A stretch of 64,000 bases of DNA from Balanoglossus misakiensis (taxonomy: Eukaryota > Animalia > Hemichordata): contig JBECUI020000038.1 of assembly GCA_040954595.2 (NCBI GenBank), positions 74,502 to 138,501 of the forward strand. The letters run 5' to 3'. Under the pieces are notes generated by a model. The model worked only from the letters and a program-made list of their open reading frames with translations. It was not told where the DNA came from and made no database searches. Within the stretch, counting starts at the first letter, position 1. Every line of letters starts with the position of its first letter. Shown here piece by piece: positions 1 through 14,154 of the stretch. Made by a program: the position numbers and the translations under genes.

Positions 1-3000
1 ACACGTATTAACACAGGGATTTATAATCTATTTGAAATCCCTATATGCTTTTTATACCCATGTCTAAGCGAAGTGTTTGCATCACTATCTACTGTGATGC
101 ATCGTCAAGCATGCTTCGCCATTTGCCTTAATGCAAAGAATCAGATTAAATGTCACTGTTGCATTCGCAATGTCAAATTACTGTGCTTTTGGCCACGTAT
201 TAACCTGGCGATTTACAGTCAACTTTAAACATCTGTGCATATGCATTAAATACGCATGTCAAAGTGCAGTGTCTCCATCACCATTGATCCTGATGCATCA
301 CCAAGCATGCTTCGCTATATGCCCTGATGCAAAGAATCAGATTTAGTATCACAGTAGCATTAGCCATGTCAAATTACAGTGCTTTTGGCTATGTATTAAC
401 CTGGGGATTTACAATCAACTTTAAATCCCCATATGCATTATATTCCAATGTCAATGTGAAGGGCTTGAAATACCATCTACCCTGATGCATCATCAAGTTT
501 GTTTCGCCATTAACCCTGATGCAAATAATCAGTGTCACCATAGCATCAGCAATGTCAAATTACTGAGCATTTGGCCATGTATTAACTTGCGGGTTTACAA
601 TCAACTTCAAATCCCCATATGCATTATATTGCAATGTTAACTTGAACGGCTTGAAACACCATCTATACTGATGCATCATCAAGCTTTCTTCACAATTTAC
701 CCTGATGCAAAGAATCAGATTTAGTGTCGCCATAGCATTAGCAATGGCAAATAAAAGTGCTTTCGGCCACATATTAACCCAGGGATTTATAATCAACTTG
801 AAATCCCTATATGAATTTTATACCTATGTCAAAGCGAAGTGCTTGCATCAATATCTACCGTGATGCATCATCAAGCTTGCTTCGCCATTTGCCCTAATGC
901 AAAGAATCAGATTCAATGTCACTGTTGCATTAGCAATGTCAAATTATAGTGCGTTTGGCCGTATACTAACCTGGGGATTTACAATCAACTTTAAATCCCC
1001 ATATGCATTATATTCTAATGTCAATGTGAAGGGCTTGAAACACCATCTATCATGATGCATCATCAAGCTTGCTTCACCATTTTCCCTGATGCAAAAAATC
1101 AGATTTAGTGTCATGGTAGCATTAGCAAATCCCTATATGCATTTGATACCCATGTCAAAGTGAAGTGTTTGCATCACTATCTACCGTGATGCATCATCAA
1201 GCTTGCATCGCCATTCACCCTTATGCAAAGAATCAGATTCAATGTCACCGTTGCATTAGCAATGTCAAATTACAGTGCTTATGGCCACGTATTAACCTGA
1301 GGATTTACAGTCAACATTAAATACCCATGCATATCCATTAAATACCTATGTCAAAGTGTAGAGCTTGCATCACCATTTACTCTGATGCACCATTAGGCTT
1401 GCTACGCCATTTCCCCTAATGCAAAGAATCACATTCAATGTCACCATTGCATTAGCAATTTTAAATTACAGTGTTTTTGGCCATGTATTAACCTATGGAT
1501 TTGCAATTAACTTTAAATCCCCATATGCGTTATATTCCAATGTCAAGTGAAGGGCTTGAAACACCATCTATCCTGATGCATCATCAAGCTTGCTTCACAA
1601 TTTACCCTGATGCAAAAAATCACATTCAGCGTCACCATTTCATTAGCAATGTCAAATTACAGTGCTTATTGCCACGTATTAACCTGGGAATTTACAGACA
1701 ACTTTAAATACCCATGCATATACATTAAATACCTATGTCAAAGTGCAGAGCTTGCATCACCATCTACTCTGATGCATCATTAGGTTTGCATCGCCATTCC
1801 CCATAATGCAAAGAATCAGATTCAATGTCACCCTTGCATTAGCAATTTTAAATTACAGTGCTTTTGGACATATATTAACCTGGGGATTTACAGTCGACAT
1901 TAAATACCCATGCATATGCATTAAATATCTATGTCAAAGTGCAGAGCTTGCATCACCATCTACTCTGATGTACCATTATGCTTGCTACGCCATTTCCCCT
2001 AATGCAAAGAATGACATTCAATGTCACCATTGCATTTGCAATTTTAAATTACAGTGCTTTTGGCCATGTATTAACCTAGGGATTTTCAATCAACTTTAAA
2101 TCCCCATATGCGTTATATTCCATTGTCAATGTGAAGGGCTTGAAACACCATCTGTCCTGATGCATCATCAAGCTTGCTTCACAATTTACCCCGATGGAAA
2201 GAATCAGATTTAATGTCACGGTAGCATTAGCAATGTCAAACTACAGTGCTTATGGCCACGTATCAACCTGGGGATTTACAATCAACTTTAAATCCCCATA
2301 TGCGTTATATTCCAATGTCAATGTGAAGGGCTTGAAATACCTTCTACCCTGATGCATCATCAAGTTTGTTTTGACAACTTTAAATCCCCTCAGCATGCAT
2401 TTAATCCTCATGTCAAAGTGCAGAGCTTGCATCACCATCTATCCTGATGCATCATCAAGCTGCTTCGCCATTAACCCTGATGCAAATAATCAGTGTCACC
2501 ATAGCATTAGCAATGGCAAATAAAAGTGCTTTCGGCCACATATTAACCCAGGGATTTATAATCAACTTGAAATCCCCATATGAATTTTATACCTATGTCA
2601 AAGCGAAGTGCTTGCATCAATATCTACCATGATGCATCATCAAGCTTGCTTCGCCATTTGCCCTAATGCAAAGAATCAGATTCAATGTCACTGTAGCATT
2701 AGCAATGTCAAATTACAGTGCTTTTGGCCATACAATCAACTTTAAATCCCCATGTGCGTTATATTCCAATGTCAATGTGAAGGGCTTGAAACACCATCTA
2801 TCATGATACATCATCAAGCTTGCTTCACAATTTACCCTGATGCAAAGAATCAGATTTAGTATCACGGTAGCATTAGCAATGTCAAATTACAGTGCCTATG
2901 GCCACGTATTAACCTCGGGATTTACGGACAACTTTAAATACCCATGCATATACATTTAATACCTATGTCAAAGTGCAGAGCTTGCATCACCATTTACTCC

Positions 3001-4720
3001 GATGCATTATTAAGCTTGCTTCACCATTTTCCCTGATGCAAAGAATCAGATTAAATGTCACCGTTGTATTAGCAATGTCAAATTAAAGTGCTTTTGGACT
3101 TGTATTAACCTGGGGATTTACAGTCAACTTTTAATCCCCCTGTATACATTTTAAACCCCGGTGTAAAAGTTTAGTGATTGCATCACCATTGACCCTGGTG
3201 CATCATCAAGCATTCTTCAGAATTTGCCCTGATGCAAAGAATCAGATTCAATGTCACCCTTGCATTAGCAATTTTAAATTACAGTGCTTTTGGACATGTA
3301 TTAACCTAGGGATTTACAGTCAACATTAAATACCCATGCACATGCATTAAATACCTATGTCAAAATGCATAGCTTGCATCACCATCTACTCCAATGCATC
3401 ATTAAACTTTAAGCCATTTCCCCTAATGCAAAGAATTACATTCAATGTCACCATTTCATTAGCAATGTCAAACTACAGTGCTTTTGGGTGCGTATTAACC
3501 CAGGGATTTGTAATCAACTTGAAATCCCCATATGCATTTAATACCCATGTCAGAGTGAACTGTTTGCATCACTATCTACCGTGATGCATCATCAAGCCTG
3601 TATCGCCATTTACCCTGATGCATAGAATCAGATTCAATGTCACCATTTCATTAGCAATGTCAAACTACAGTGCTTTTGGGTGCGTATTAACCCAGGGATT
3701 TGTAATCAACTTGAAATCCCCATATGCATTTAATACCCATGTCAGAGTGAACTGTTTGCATCACTATCTACCGTGATGCATCATCAAGCCTGTATCGCCA
3801 TTTACCCTGATGCATAGAATCAGATTCAATGTCACCGTTGCATTAGCAATGTCAAATAAAAGTGCTTTTGGCCATGTATTAACCTAGGGATTTACAATCA
3901 ACTTTAAATCCCCATATGCATTATATTCAAAAGTCAATGTGAAGGGCTTCAAACACCATCTATCCTGATGCATCATCACGTTTGCTTCACCATTTATCCA
4001 TATTCAATGTCACGCTTGCATTAGTAATTTTAAATTACAGTGCTTTTGGCCATGTATTAACCTCGGGATTTAGAGTCAACTTTAAATATCAATGCGCATG
4101 CATTAAATACCCATGTCAAAGTGAAGTGTTTGCATCACTATCTACCGGGATGCATCATCAAGCTTGCATCGCCATTTACCCTGATGCAAAGAATCAGATT
4201 CAATATCATCGTTGCATTAGCAATGTCAAATTACAGTGCTTATGGCCACGTATTAACCTGAGGATATACAATCAACTTTAAATCCCCATATGCGTTATAT
4301 TCCAATGTCAATGTGAAGGGCTTGAAACACCATCTATCATGATGCATCATCAAGCTTGCTTCACAATTTACCCTGATGCAAGAATCAGATTTAGTGTCAC
4401 GGTAGCATTAGCAATGTCAAATTACAGTGCTTTTGGCCACGTATTAACCTGGGGATTTACAGTCAACATTAAATACCCATGCACATGCATTAAATACCTA
4501 TGTCAAAGTGAAGTGTTTGCATCACTATCTACCTGGCTGCATCATCAAGCTTGCATCGCCATTCCCCCTAATGCAAAGAATCAGATTCAATGTCATCGTT
4601 GCATTAGCAATGTCAAATAAAATTGCTTTTGGACACGTATTAACCCAGGGATTTCAGTCAACTTTTAGTATCCCTGTATGCATTTTAAACCCCGGTGTCA
4701 ACGTTTAGTGATTAACTTCT
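1..4720. repeat. ~192-bp tandem satellite (~24 diverged copies, runs off the window start)
   Basis: The motif gcaaagaatcaga recurs at 133, 329, 521, 707 and 899 (spacing 186-196, mode 192). Each unit has the palindrome tgatgcatca, and several monomer variants alternate. Confidence 0.95.
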
Positions 4721-4782
4721 TTGCTATTTAAACATTACATTTTGAGTAAAAGGGGTGAAATGGGATTAAAGTTTATAGTGAC

Positions 4783-4866
4783 ATATCGAAAAGAATCTAT
4801 TTGAATTCGTTCATTTCTGAAATCATATCGAAAAGAATCTATTTCAATTCGTTCATATCTGAAATA
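4783..4866. repeat. 42-bp direct tandem duplication
   Basis: catatcgaaaagaatctattt(g/c)aattcgttcat(t/a)tctgaaat occurs twice back to back. Confidence 0.8.
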
Positions 4867-6309
4867 TGATAATACGAATATGCATGTTTTATTCGCCATA
4901 TATGAACACCAATGAAAAGTTATGTTTCCAGCTTAGGTATCGGTGGATTTGAACCACCTGACATCAGAAGACGCCTCCAGAATACCTTTAAATTGGTTGC
5001 ATAATTTTCATGTGAATGTTCATAATATAGCGAGTGATTAATCCCTAATTTATTGTTTTGGGGGGGGGGGGGTGGGGGTGGGGGGGGGGGAGTTCAAGTA
5101 GCATATCTTGCAGGCCAATTTGAAACAATGTGTCATGTGGTTAAACTGAAAGAAATTAACCAATATAGTTTCAGCTCTTTTTGAAACAAGGTGTCATTTG
5201 GTTGAACAATGGGCCAGTCAAAATAGCATCTGCTAATTATGCACACAATAGTGTGATGGGTTAGTGGGTTAAGTTTACTTTTACCTTAGCGTTATATAAC
5301 ACACTATCGTGTACATAATCTCGCAGAGCTCATTCACAATTGTTTTAAAATAAAGCAAGATAACTACATGTATGATAACACACATCTAATTTACGCGCCT
5401 AAAGGGCAGTTAAAAAACCTCATACCAATTACAAAAGAGGGAAAAAAAAACTGTCCTCTCCTCCTCTCACCCCATGATCTAAGCTAAATTTGGAATTTGG
5501 ATGGGGTGGGGAGGTTAAGCTAACCTAACATTGTGCTAACATTTTCTGCCTGTCTGTCGCGTACAATGTGTCGATGCGCGAATACAATCACGGGTACCGT
5601 TGCGAGAAATTCCACCGAATAACGATGCTGACGAGTATTATCTATCTGAGAAATAATAGCATGTTATTCATAAAATATACACATTAACCAATGAATGAAC
5701 CAACATGATTATTAGACCTTGGACACTTATTTAACATTTTATCATTATTATACCTCTGTCATCATCATCAATATTAACACCCTTTTTATACTTAATATCA
5801 CCATAAGCCATCACCACAATTATTAATCGTTATTATACCCTTGCACAATTGTTACCCTTATTAAACCCGACACAGTTATTACTATTATTATACCCTTCTC
5901 ATTCATATACCCATTATAACCTGTGTACACAAGCCATCATCATATTATAAACCCGTTATACCTTTATACCACATTTGTTACCCTAATATTATTCCCTTCA
6001 TACAAGCAACCGTTGTTACCCCTTTATAACCTGTGTACACTCAAATTTTACCATAAAACCATCATCACATTTGTAACCCTTTTATTAAACCAAATTCAAA
6101 TTTGTTCACCGTTATTATACCATACACATTTCGGAACCTATTATCATACCCTGCACAAAGCCATTGCTGTTAACCTAATTTTAAAACAAGTAATCACTAC
6201 CAATTATTAACCCGATTTATTGGACTATTAAGTTTTATATTACGATCACCTCGTTTTGTACGTCTATATTACTCTATCTTATAATTTTGGTCAATAGGAT
6301 ATTATGTTG

Positions 6310-6835
6310 AAACTCCACTTCTCCATTCTTCCACTTCTCCATCCTTTAGGTTGACGCTCCATCCATCCATCCATCAAAGTTTATATTAGTAGGTTGACTA
6401 TGGTTGACTCTCCGCTCCATCCTCCCATCAAATTTTACGTTAGTTGGTTGATTATGGTGTTACCAGTGTGCCCTACAGGAAAGAAAAAGAGGAAAAAACA
6501 GAGAAAAAACTCCACTTCTCCATCCTTCCACTTCTCCATCCTTTAAGTTGACGCTCCGCGGCACCATCCATCCATCAAAGTTTATATTTTAGTAAGTTGA
6601 CTATGGTTGACGCTCCGCTCCATCCATCCATCAAAGTTTATATTAGTAGGTTGACTATGGTTGACGCTCCGCTCCATTCATCCATCAAAGTTTATATTAG
6701 TAGGTTGACTATGGTTGACGCTCCCCTCCATCCATCCATCAAAGTTTATATTAGTAGGTTGACTATGGTTGACACTCCGCTCCATCCATCCATCAAATTT
6801 TACGTTAGTAGGTTGATTATGGTGTTACCATTGGG
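6310..6835. repeat. 54-bp minisatellite followed by an A/G-rich tract
   Basis: Unit ttgactatggttgacgctccgctccatccatccatcaaagtttatattagtagg; about 4 contiguous copies at 6597-6810 plus an upstream duplicated block. It explains the repetitive ORF 6597..7049. Confidence 0.9.
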
Positions 6836-9633
6836 GCCTACAGGGAAAAAAAGAAAAAAAAGAGAAAAGAAGAGAAAAAAAGAAAGAAAGAAAGAAAGAG
6901 AGAGAGAAGGAGAAGAGTACCGGTGGGACCTACAAAAAAAAAAGAATGAAAGAATTAAATGCATGAAATCAATGATAATAATAGGATTAATTTGGCAAGC
7001 CAGCCCAACCCAACATACTGCGGGTCAAGGGGTACATATCGTCAATTAATGAAAAAAAAATAAAGTGCAACAAACATTGGCTAGGTCAAAGCAGTTCCTA
7101 TGGATACCAGAGAGTGCCAATGCTGTATCTGCTATGTATATAGGAAAGCAGATCAAAGGTCACCAAGAGCTCACCCAAAATTGTCAACAAATGTTTCTTC
7201 CAAAGTTATCAGTGTAAAATGAAAAACAAGACTTCTGGCTCTATTGGTTAACCTGGTAATTAGGTGTTCCAGCCCTCAAAATTTGAAGGCGTTATCTGCT
7301 GTGCATGCCAAGGCAGGGAAAATAGGTTTAAGGTAACCAAAGCTAACAAAAATGTCAGAAAAAAATGTGATCGCATACTGGTGAATGTTCAAGAAAACCC
7401 AGACTCAAAGCTTCATTATCTAGTCTACAATTACGTAAGCACATATTTATAAGGTTATCATTGGTCAAGAAATTCAGCAAAAAAATTAAGTCCAATAGTA
7501 GAGCATGTTCATAAAAAATTCAACCTGTAACAATATGGGTAAGCTCAGCATTAGATATTCACATATTTAATAAGCTCAACATTGGTCCAGTGGATTCCAA
7601 ATGTAACAAAAAAAGCTAAGTCCCATACTTGTCCATATACATCAAAAACCAAACCTCTAGTGCTATTAGTCTAGTCGCCATAAGATATTCAGAAAAGAAT
7701 ACAGGTGCCAAACTTAGGACAAAGTTCAATGCCAATATTATCAAAAAATTTGGGTTATGTCCTGGCAGCAGTACTATTCGTGTGAAAAATAAATCATCAC
7801 TGTTTTGCTTTTCAACAAGAGGCATATCCACGAATAATTAAGTTCTGAAAAAAAAATGGATCAAAGTACATGCGAAAGTTGCCAAAAAATGCAACGTATT
7901 CTGGTCATATGGTGACTCGTATCTATAAAAAGAATTGGTGTGCAATCAAAGTTTTTAATCAGAATTCATAAAATCCAATTTGGCTTCAATAAACTTTAAT
8001 TAAGTTCTGAAAGATCTGGATCAAAAGACAAATGAAAGTTGCCTAAAAATTTGTATTATTAAGTGTTGGAAAAACTGGATTAAAGGACATGTGCAATATG
8101 CCAAACATGGTAACATATTCTGGTCATATAGTGAGTCATATACATATAAATAATGTTTGTGCTATCAATGAGTAGGCCATAAATAGGAAATCTTAGTTTT
8201 AAATCGTTGTTCAGAAAATCCAATTTGGCTCCAATAAGGTTTAACCAATCACAATTCACTTGAAAACTTGATTAGAAAAAGTGTTTTAATGATATTTTTC
8301 AAAAATCTAATAAGGAATTCTAAGTCACATGACTACTAGCAATATTACAGTCAAACTTTGAACTGCACAGTATATTCGAACTTGATTGTCCCTGTAGTTT
8401 TGGAAAAGAACTGTCATCTTTTAAAGGTTATCAGAAAATCCAATATGGCCACCCTGAAGAAGACAATTAAAGGAACATGCAGCATTACAGGGACCAAAGC
8501 AGTTAGCATGGTTCCAACAGAAAGCAAACTCTGTATCTGTTGTGGATGCTTAGAAATGGTAGGTAAGCCAGAGGTCACGGAAATTTGTGGCAACAAATTT
8601 TGACATCAAACTGATCAGTGTTCAACAAAAAAACAGACTTTTATTCTCAATTGGTTAACTAGAAAAAGCTTATGTACACAACTTTTGTGTTAAAGTTTAA
8701 TACTTTATTAGGTGTTTAAGGCCTAAAAATCTGAATGCTGTATCTGTTGTGCAGGCCAGGTTATGGGAAAGTACATCAAAGGTCATTGCCAAAATTATCA
8801 AAATATTTGGGTTATGTCCTGGCAGCAGTAGTACTCTTTGAACAAAATCATGACTGTTGAGCTTTTTATCAAGAGCCATATCCACATAAAATTAAGTTAT
8901 GGAATTACTGGATCAAAGGACATGCGAGAGTCACCAACAAATTGTTTAATCAAATACTGAAAAAAAACTGGATCAAAGAACATATGAAAGTTGTCAAAAA
9001 ATGTAACATATTCTAGTCATATGGTGACTCGTATCCACAGAAAGAATTTGTGTGCTTTCAATGAGTAGGATAAAAAAAGGAATTTTAGCTTTTAATCGGA
9101 GTTCAGAAAATCCAATTTGGCTCTGATAAGGTTAAACCAATCACAATTCACTTGAAAACTTGATTAGAAAAAGATTTTCGTAATTTTTGAATGAGATTTT
9201 TAAAAAATCCAATAAGGCACCAAAAGTCACATGACCACTAATGATATTTTATCAAACTTTCAACCGCACAGTAAATTAGAACTTGATTGGCCCTGTAGTT
9301 TATGAAAATGTCAACCTTTAAAGCTTATTAGAAAATCCAATATGGCCGCCATGAAGAAGACAATTACAACTAAAAGTAGCATTGGAGGGACCAAGGTGTT
9401 AAGCATGGTTCCAACAGAAAGCAGAGGCTGTGTCTGTTGTGGATGCCCAGAAATGGTAAAGTACGCCAGAGGTGAGGCAAAATGTGCCAACAAAATTTGA
9501 TACCAAACTGATCAGTGTCCAACAAAAAGCAGACTTCTACGCTTTATTGGTTAACTTTAAATAGCTCATATACATAATTAGTGTGTTAAAGTTAACACAT
9601 GCACTTCATTAGGTGTTCCAGTCCTCTAAATTT

Positions 9634-11294
9634 ACAAGTGACCTATTGGTCAAATGAGCTCTGCTGACCTTAACAGTGTAACCTGGGCGATGATATGAAT
9701 ACCCTAGGTTTTAATTCATAACAATTGTATTCTATTGAACAAAACCAAACATAGACATCACAAGTATTTATCCAAATTCAGCTTGATTCATTGCACTAAA
9801 GAAAGAAAGAATTGAATTCTAAAGAACAACATCAAAAGGAAGTACCAATGTTCTAATTTGCATATTCATGACCCCATCAAAATTCCAATAAAACAAAATC
9901 AGGTAGGGGCACCATAACACACATTCCTACTAAATTTCAGCGCCATCGTACATGTAGTTAGGGAGAAGAAGATTTTTGACCAACAATTCTATTTTTAGAT
10001 CTAATTTGCATATTTATGACCCCATCATATCCAAATTAGCAAAATCAGGTAGGGGCACCATAACACACATTCCTACTAAATTTCAGCGCCATCGTACATG
10101 TAGTTAGGGAGAAGAAGATTTTTGACCAAAAATTCTATTTTTAGATCTAATTTGCATATTTATGACCCAATCAAATCCAAATTAACAAAATCAGGTAGGG
10201 ACACTATAACACACATTCCTACTAAATTTCAGCTCCATCGTACAAATAGTTAGGGAGAAGAAGATTTTTTACCAAAAATTATATTTTTAGATCTAATTTA
10301 CATATTCATGACCCGATCATATCCAAATTTATAAAATCAAGTACGGGCATCATAACACACATTCCTACCATATTTCAGCTCCATCGTACATGTAGTTAGG
10401 GAGAAGAAAATTTTTGACCAAAAATTATATTTTTAGATCTAATTTGCATATTTATGACCCCATCAAATCCAAATTTACAAAATCAGGTAGGGGCACCATA
10501 ACACACATTCCTACCAAATTTCAGCTCCATTGTACATGTAGTTATGGAGAAGAAGATTTTTTACCAAAATTCTATTTTTAGATCTAATTTGCATATTTAT
10601 GACCCCATCAAATCCAAATTTACAAAATCAGGTAGGGGCACCATAACACACATTCCTGCCAAATTTCAGGTCCATTGCACATGTAGTTGTGGAGAAGAAG
10701 ATTTTTACCAAAAGTTCTATTTTTAGATCTAATTTGCATATTCATGACCCCATCAAATCCAAATTAACAAAATCAGTTAAAGGCACCATAACACACATTC
10801 CAACCAAATTTCAGCTAAATATGCCCAGTTGTTTTAAAGAAGAAGATTGAAATACAAAAAGTTGACGGACGACAGACGACTGACGACAGACGACGGACGA
10901 CGGACGGACACTTATCAACCTACTGCTACAGCTCGGCTGACACAAGTGACAGCAGAGCTAAAAATCAGGTAGGGACACCATAACACACATTCCTACCAAA
11001 TTTCAGCTCCATCGTACATGTAGTTAGGGAGAAGAAGATTTTTTTACCAAAAATTTTATTTTTAGATCTAATTTGCATATTCATGACCCGATCAAATCCA
11101 AATTAACAAAATCAGGTAAGGGCACCATAACACACATTCTAACCAAATTTCAGCTAAATATGCCAAGTAGTTTTATAGAAGAAGATTGAAATACCAAAAG
11201 TTGACGGACGACGGATGACGGACGACAGACGACGGACAGACATTTATCAACCTACTGCTACAGCTCGGCTGACACAAGTGACAGCAGAGCTAAT
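9634..11294. mobile_element. Non-autonomous Helentron/HINE (Pearl-like) element with an internal 146-bp tandem array and a duplicated right end
   Basis: Starts acaagtgacc-tatt-ggtc (stem-loop) followed by the subTIR agctctgctg, and ends cagcagagctaa (inverted subTIR). 146-bp repeats (aggtagggg at 9901, 10047, 10193...) and a (gacg/gaca)n microsatellite. Inserted in an A-run with no TSD, compared with the empty site ctctaaattt/aaaagctg at ~13210. Confidence 0.85.
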
Positions 11295-14154
11295 AAAAGC
11301 TGTATCTGCTGTGCATGCCAAGTTTTGGAAATGTAGATCAAGGGTCATTGCCAAAATTATCAAAATATTTGGGTTATGTCCTGCCAGAGTAGTACTCATG
11401 TGAACAAAATCATGACTGTTGTGCTTTTTAACAAGAGACATATCAATGTACAATTAAGTTCTGAAAGATCTTGATCAAAGGGAAAATGAAAGTTGCAAAA
11501 AATTGTATAATTAAGTGTTAAAAAAAGGATCAATGGACATGTGAAAGTTGACAAAAAATTTTAACATTCTGGTCTTATGTTGACTCTATCCATAAAAAGG
11601 CTTGGTGTGCTATCATTCAGTAGCCTACAAATAGGAAATTTTAGTTTTTAATCGGAGTTCAGAAAATCCAATTAGGCTTCAATAAGGTTTAACCAATCAC
11701 ATTTTACGCGAAAGCGTAATTAAAAAAAGATTTTGGAAATTTTTCATGGGATTTTTCAAAAATCCATAATAAATCCAAATTCACATGAACACTAACAATA
11801 TTATTTTAAAAAATTGGAACGTACAGTAAATTAGAACTTGATTGGCCTTGTAATTTTTGAAAAAAAATGTCAACTTTTAAAGGTTATCAGAAAATCCAAT
11901 ATGGCCACCATGAAGAAGACAATTAAAAGAACATGCAGCATCACAGGGGCCAAAGCAGTTAGCATGGTTCCAACAGAAAGCAAACTCTGTATCTGTTATG
12001 GATTCTTAGAATGGTAGGTAAGCCAGAGGTCACGGAAATTTGTGCCAACAAATTTTGATATCAAACTGATAAGTGTCCAACAAGAACCAAACTTCTAAGC
12101 TCAATTGGTTAACTTTAAATAGGATTTAAGTAGATCATGGCCAAAATTATCAAAATATTTGGGTTATGTCCAGGCAGCAATAGTACTCATGTGTACAAAA
12201 TCATGACTGTTGTGCTTTTTAACAAGAGACATATCCAAGTAGATCAAGGGTCATGGCCAAAATTATCAAAATATTTGGGTTATGTCCTGGCAGCAATAAA
12301 ACTCATGTGAACAAAATCATGACTGTTGTGCTTTTTAACAAGAGACATATCCAAGTAGATCAATGGTCATTGCCAAAATTATCAAAATATTTGGGTTATG
12401 TCCTGGCAGCAGTAGTACTCTATGAACAAAATCATGACTGTTGAGCTTTTTATCAAGAGCCATATCCACATAAAATTAAGTTATGGAATTACTGGGTCAA
12501 AGGACATGCGAGAGTTGCCAACAAATTGTTTAATCAAGTTTTGAAAAAACTGGATCAAAGGACATGTGAAAGTTGCCAAAAAATGTAACGTATTCTAGTC
12601 ATATGGCGACTCGTATCCATAAAATTAATTTGTGTGCTTTCAATGAGTAGGCTAGAAATAGGAAATCTTAGTTTTTAATCAGTGTTCAGAAAAATCCAAT
12701 TTGGCTCCAATAAGGTGACACCAATCACAATTCACTTGAAAACTTGATTAGAAAAAGATGTTCTGTAATTTTTTAATGAGATTTTTAAACAATCCAATTA
12801 GGCACCCAAAGTCACATGACCACTAATGATATTTTTGTCAAACTTTCAACCCTACAGTAAACTAGAATTTGATTTGCCCTGTAGTTTATGAAAATGTCAA
12901 CTTTTAAAGGTTATTAGAAAATCCAATATGGCCACCATGAAGAAGACAATTAGAGCTACAAGCAGCATTGGAGTGGCCAAAGCGGTTAGCATGGTTCCAA
13001 CAGAAAGCAAAGGCTGTATCTGTTGTGGATGCCTAGAAATGGTAAAGTATGCCAGAGGTGATGCAAAATGTGCCAACAAAATTTGATACCAAACTGATCA
13101 ATGTCCAACAAAAAGCAGACTTCTACGCTTTATTAGTTAACTTTAAATAGCTTATATACATAATTATTGTGTTAAAGTTAATACATGTACTTCATTAGGT
13201 GTTCCAAGCCTCTAAATTTAAAAGCTGTATCTGCTGTACATGCCAAGTTATGGGAATGTAGATCAAAAGTTACTGCCAAAATTATCAAAATATTTGGGTT
13301 ATGTCCTGGCAGCAGTAGTACTCATGTGAACAAAATCACGACTGTTGTGCTTTTTAACAAGAGGCATATCAACGTAGAATTAAGTTCTGAAAGATCTGGA
13401 TCAAAAGACGAATGAAAGTTGCAAAAAAATAGTATAATTAAGTGTTGAAAAAATGGATGAAAGGACATGTGAAAGTTGATAAAAATTGTTTAACATATTC
13501 TGGACTTATGGTGACTCGTATCCATAAAAAGGATTGGTGTGCTATCATTCAGTAGCCTTGAAATAGGAAATTTTAGTTTTTAATCGGAGTTCAGACAATC
13601 CAATTTGACTTCAATAAGGTTTAACCAATCACAATTCACTTGAAAGCTTGATTAAAAAAGATTTTGGAAATTTTTCATGAGTTTTTGAAAAAATCCATAA
13701 TGAATCCAAATTCACATGACCACTATTAATATAATTGAAAAAAAAATGGAACGGCCAGTAAATTAGAACTTGATTGGCCCTGCAGTTTAGAAAAAAATGT
13801 CCACTTTTAGAGATTATCAGAAAATCCAATATGGCCGCCATGAAGAAGACCCAACTATAAGCAGCATTGGAGTGACCAAAGTGGTTAGCATGGTTCCAAC
13901 AGAAAGCAAAGGCTGTATCTGTTATGGATGCTGAGAAATGGTAAGTAAGCCAGAGGTCAGGCAAATTTGTGCCAACAAATTTTGACATCAAACTGATAAG
14001 TGTCCAACAAGAACCAAACTTCTAAGCTCAATTGGTTAACTTTAAATAGGATAAGTACATAATGATTGTGTTAAAAATTAATACTTCATTAGGTGTTCCA
14101 GTCCTCTAAATTTGAAAGCCGTATCTGCTGTGCATGGCAAGTTATGGGAAAGAA

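Noticed and set aside
4930-4987. tRNA-like T-arm (ggtgg-ttcaaat-ccacc, minus strand)
   Set aside because: No D-arm or anticodon arm and only ~50 nt. At most a SINE or pseudo-tRNA scrap.
7000-7050. Possible Helitron terminus closing the 5.4-7.0-kb repeat-rich segment
   Set aside because: I could not identify a clear hairpin + CTRR end or a matching opposite end.
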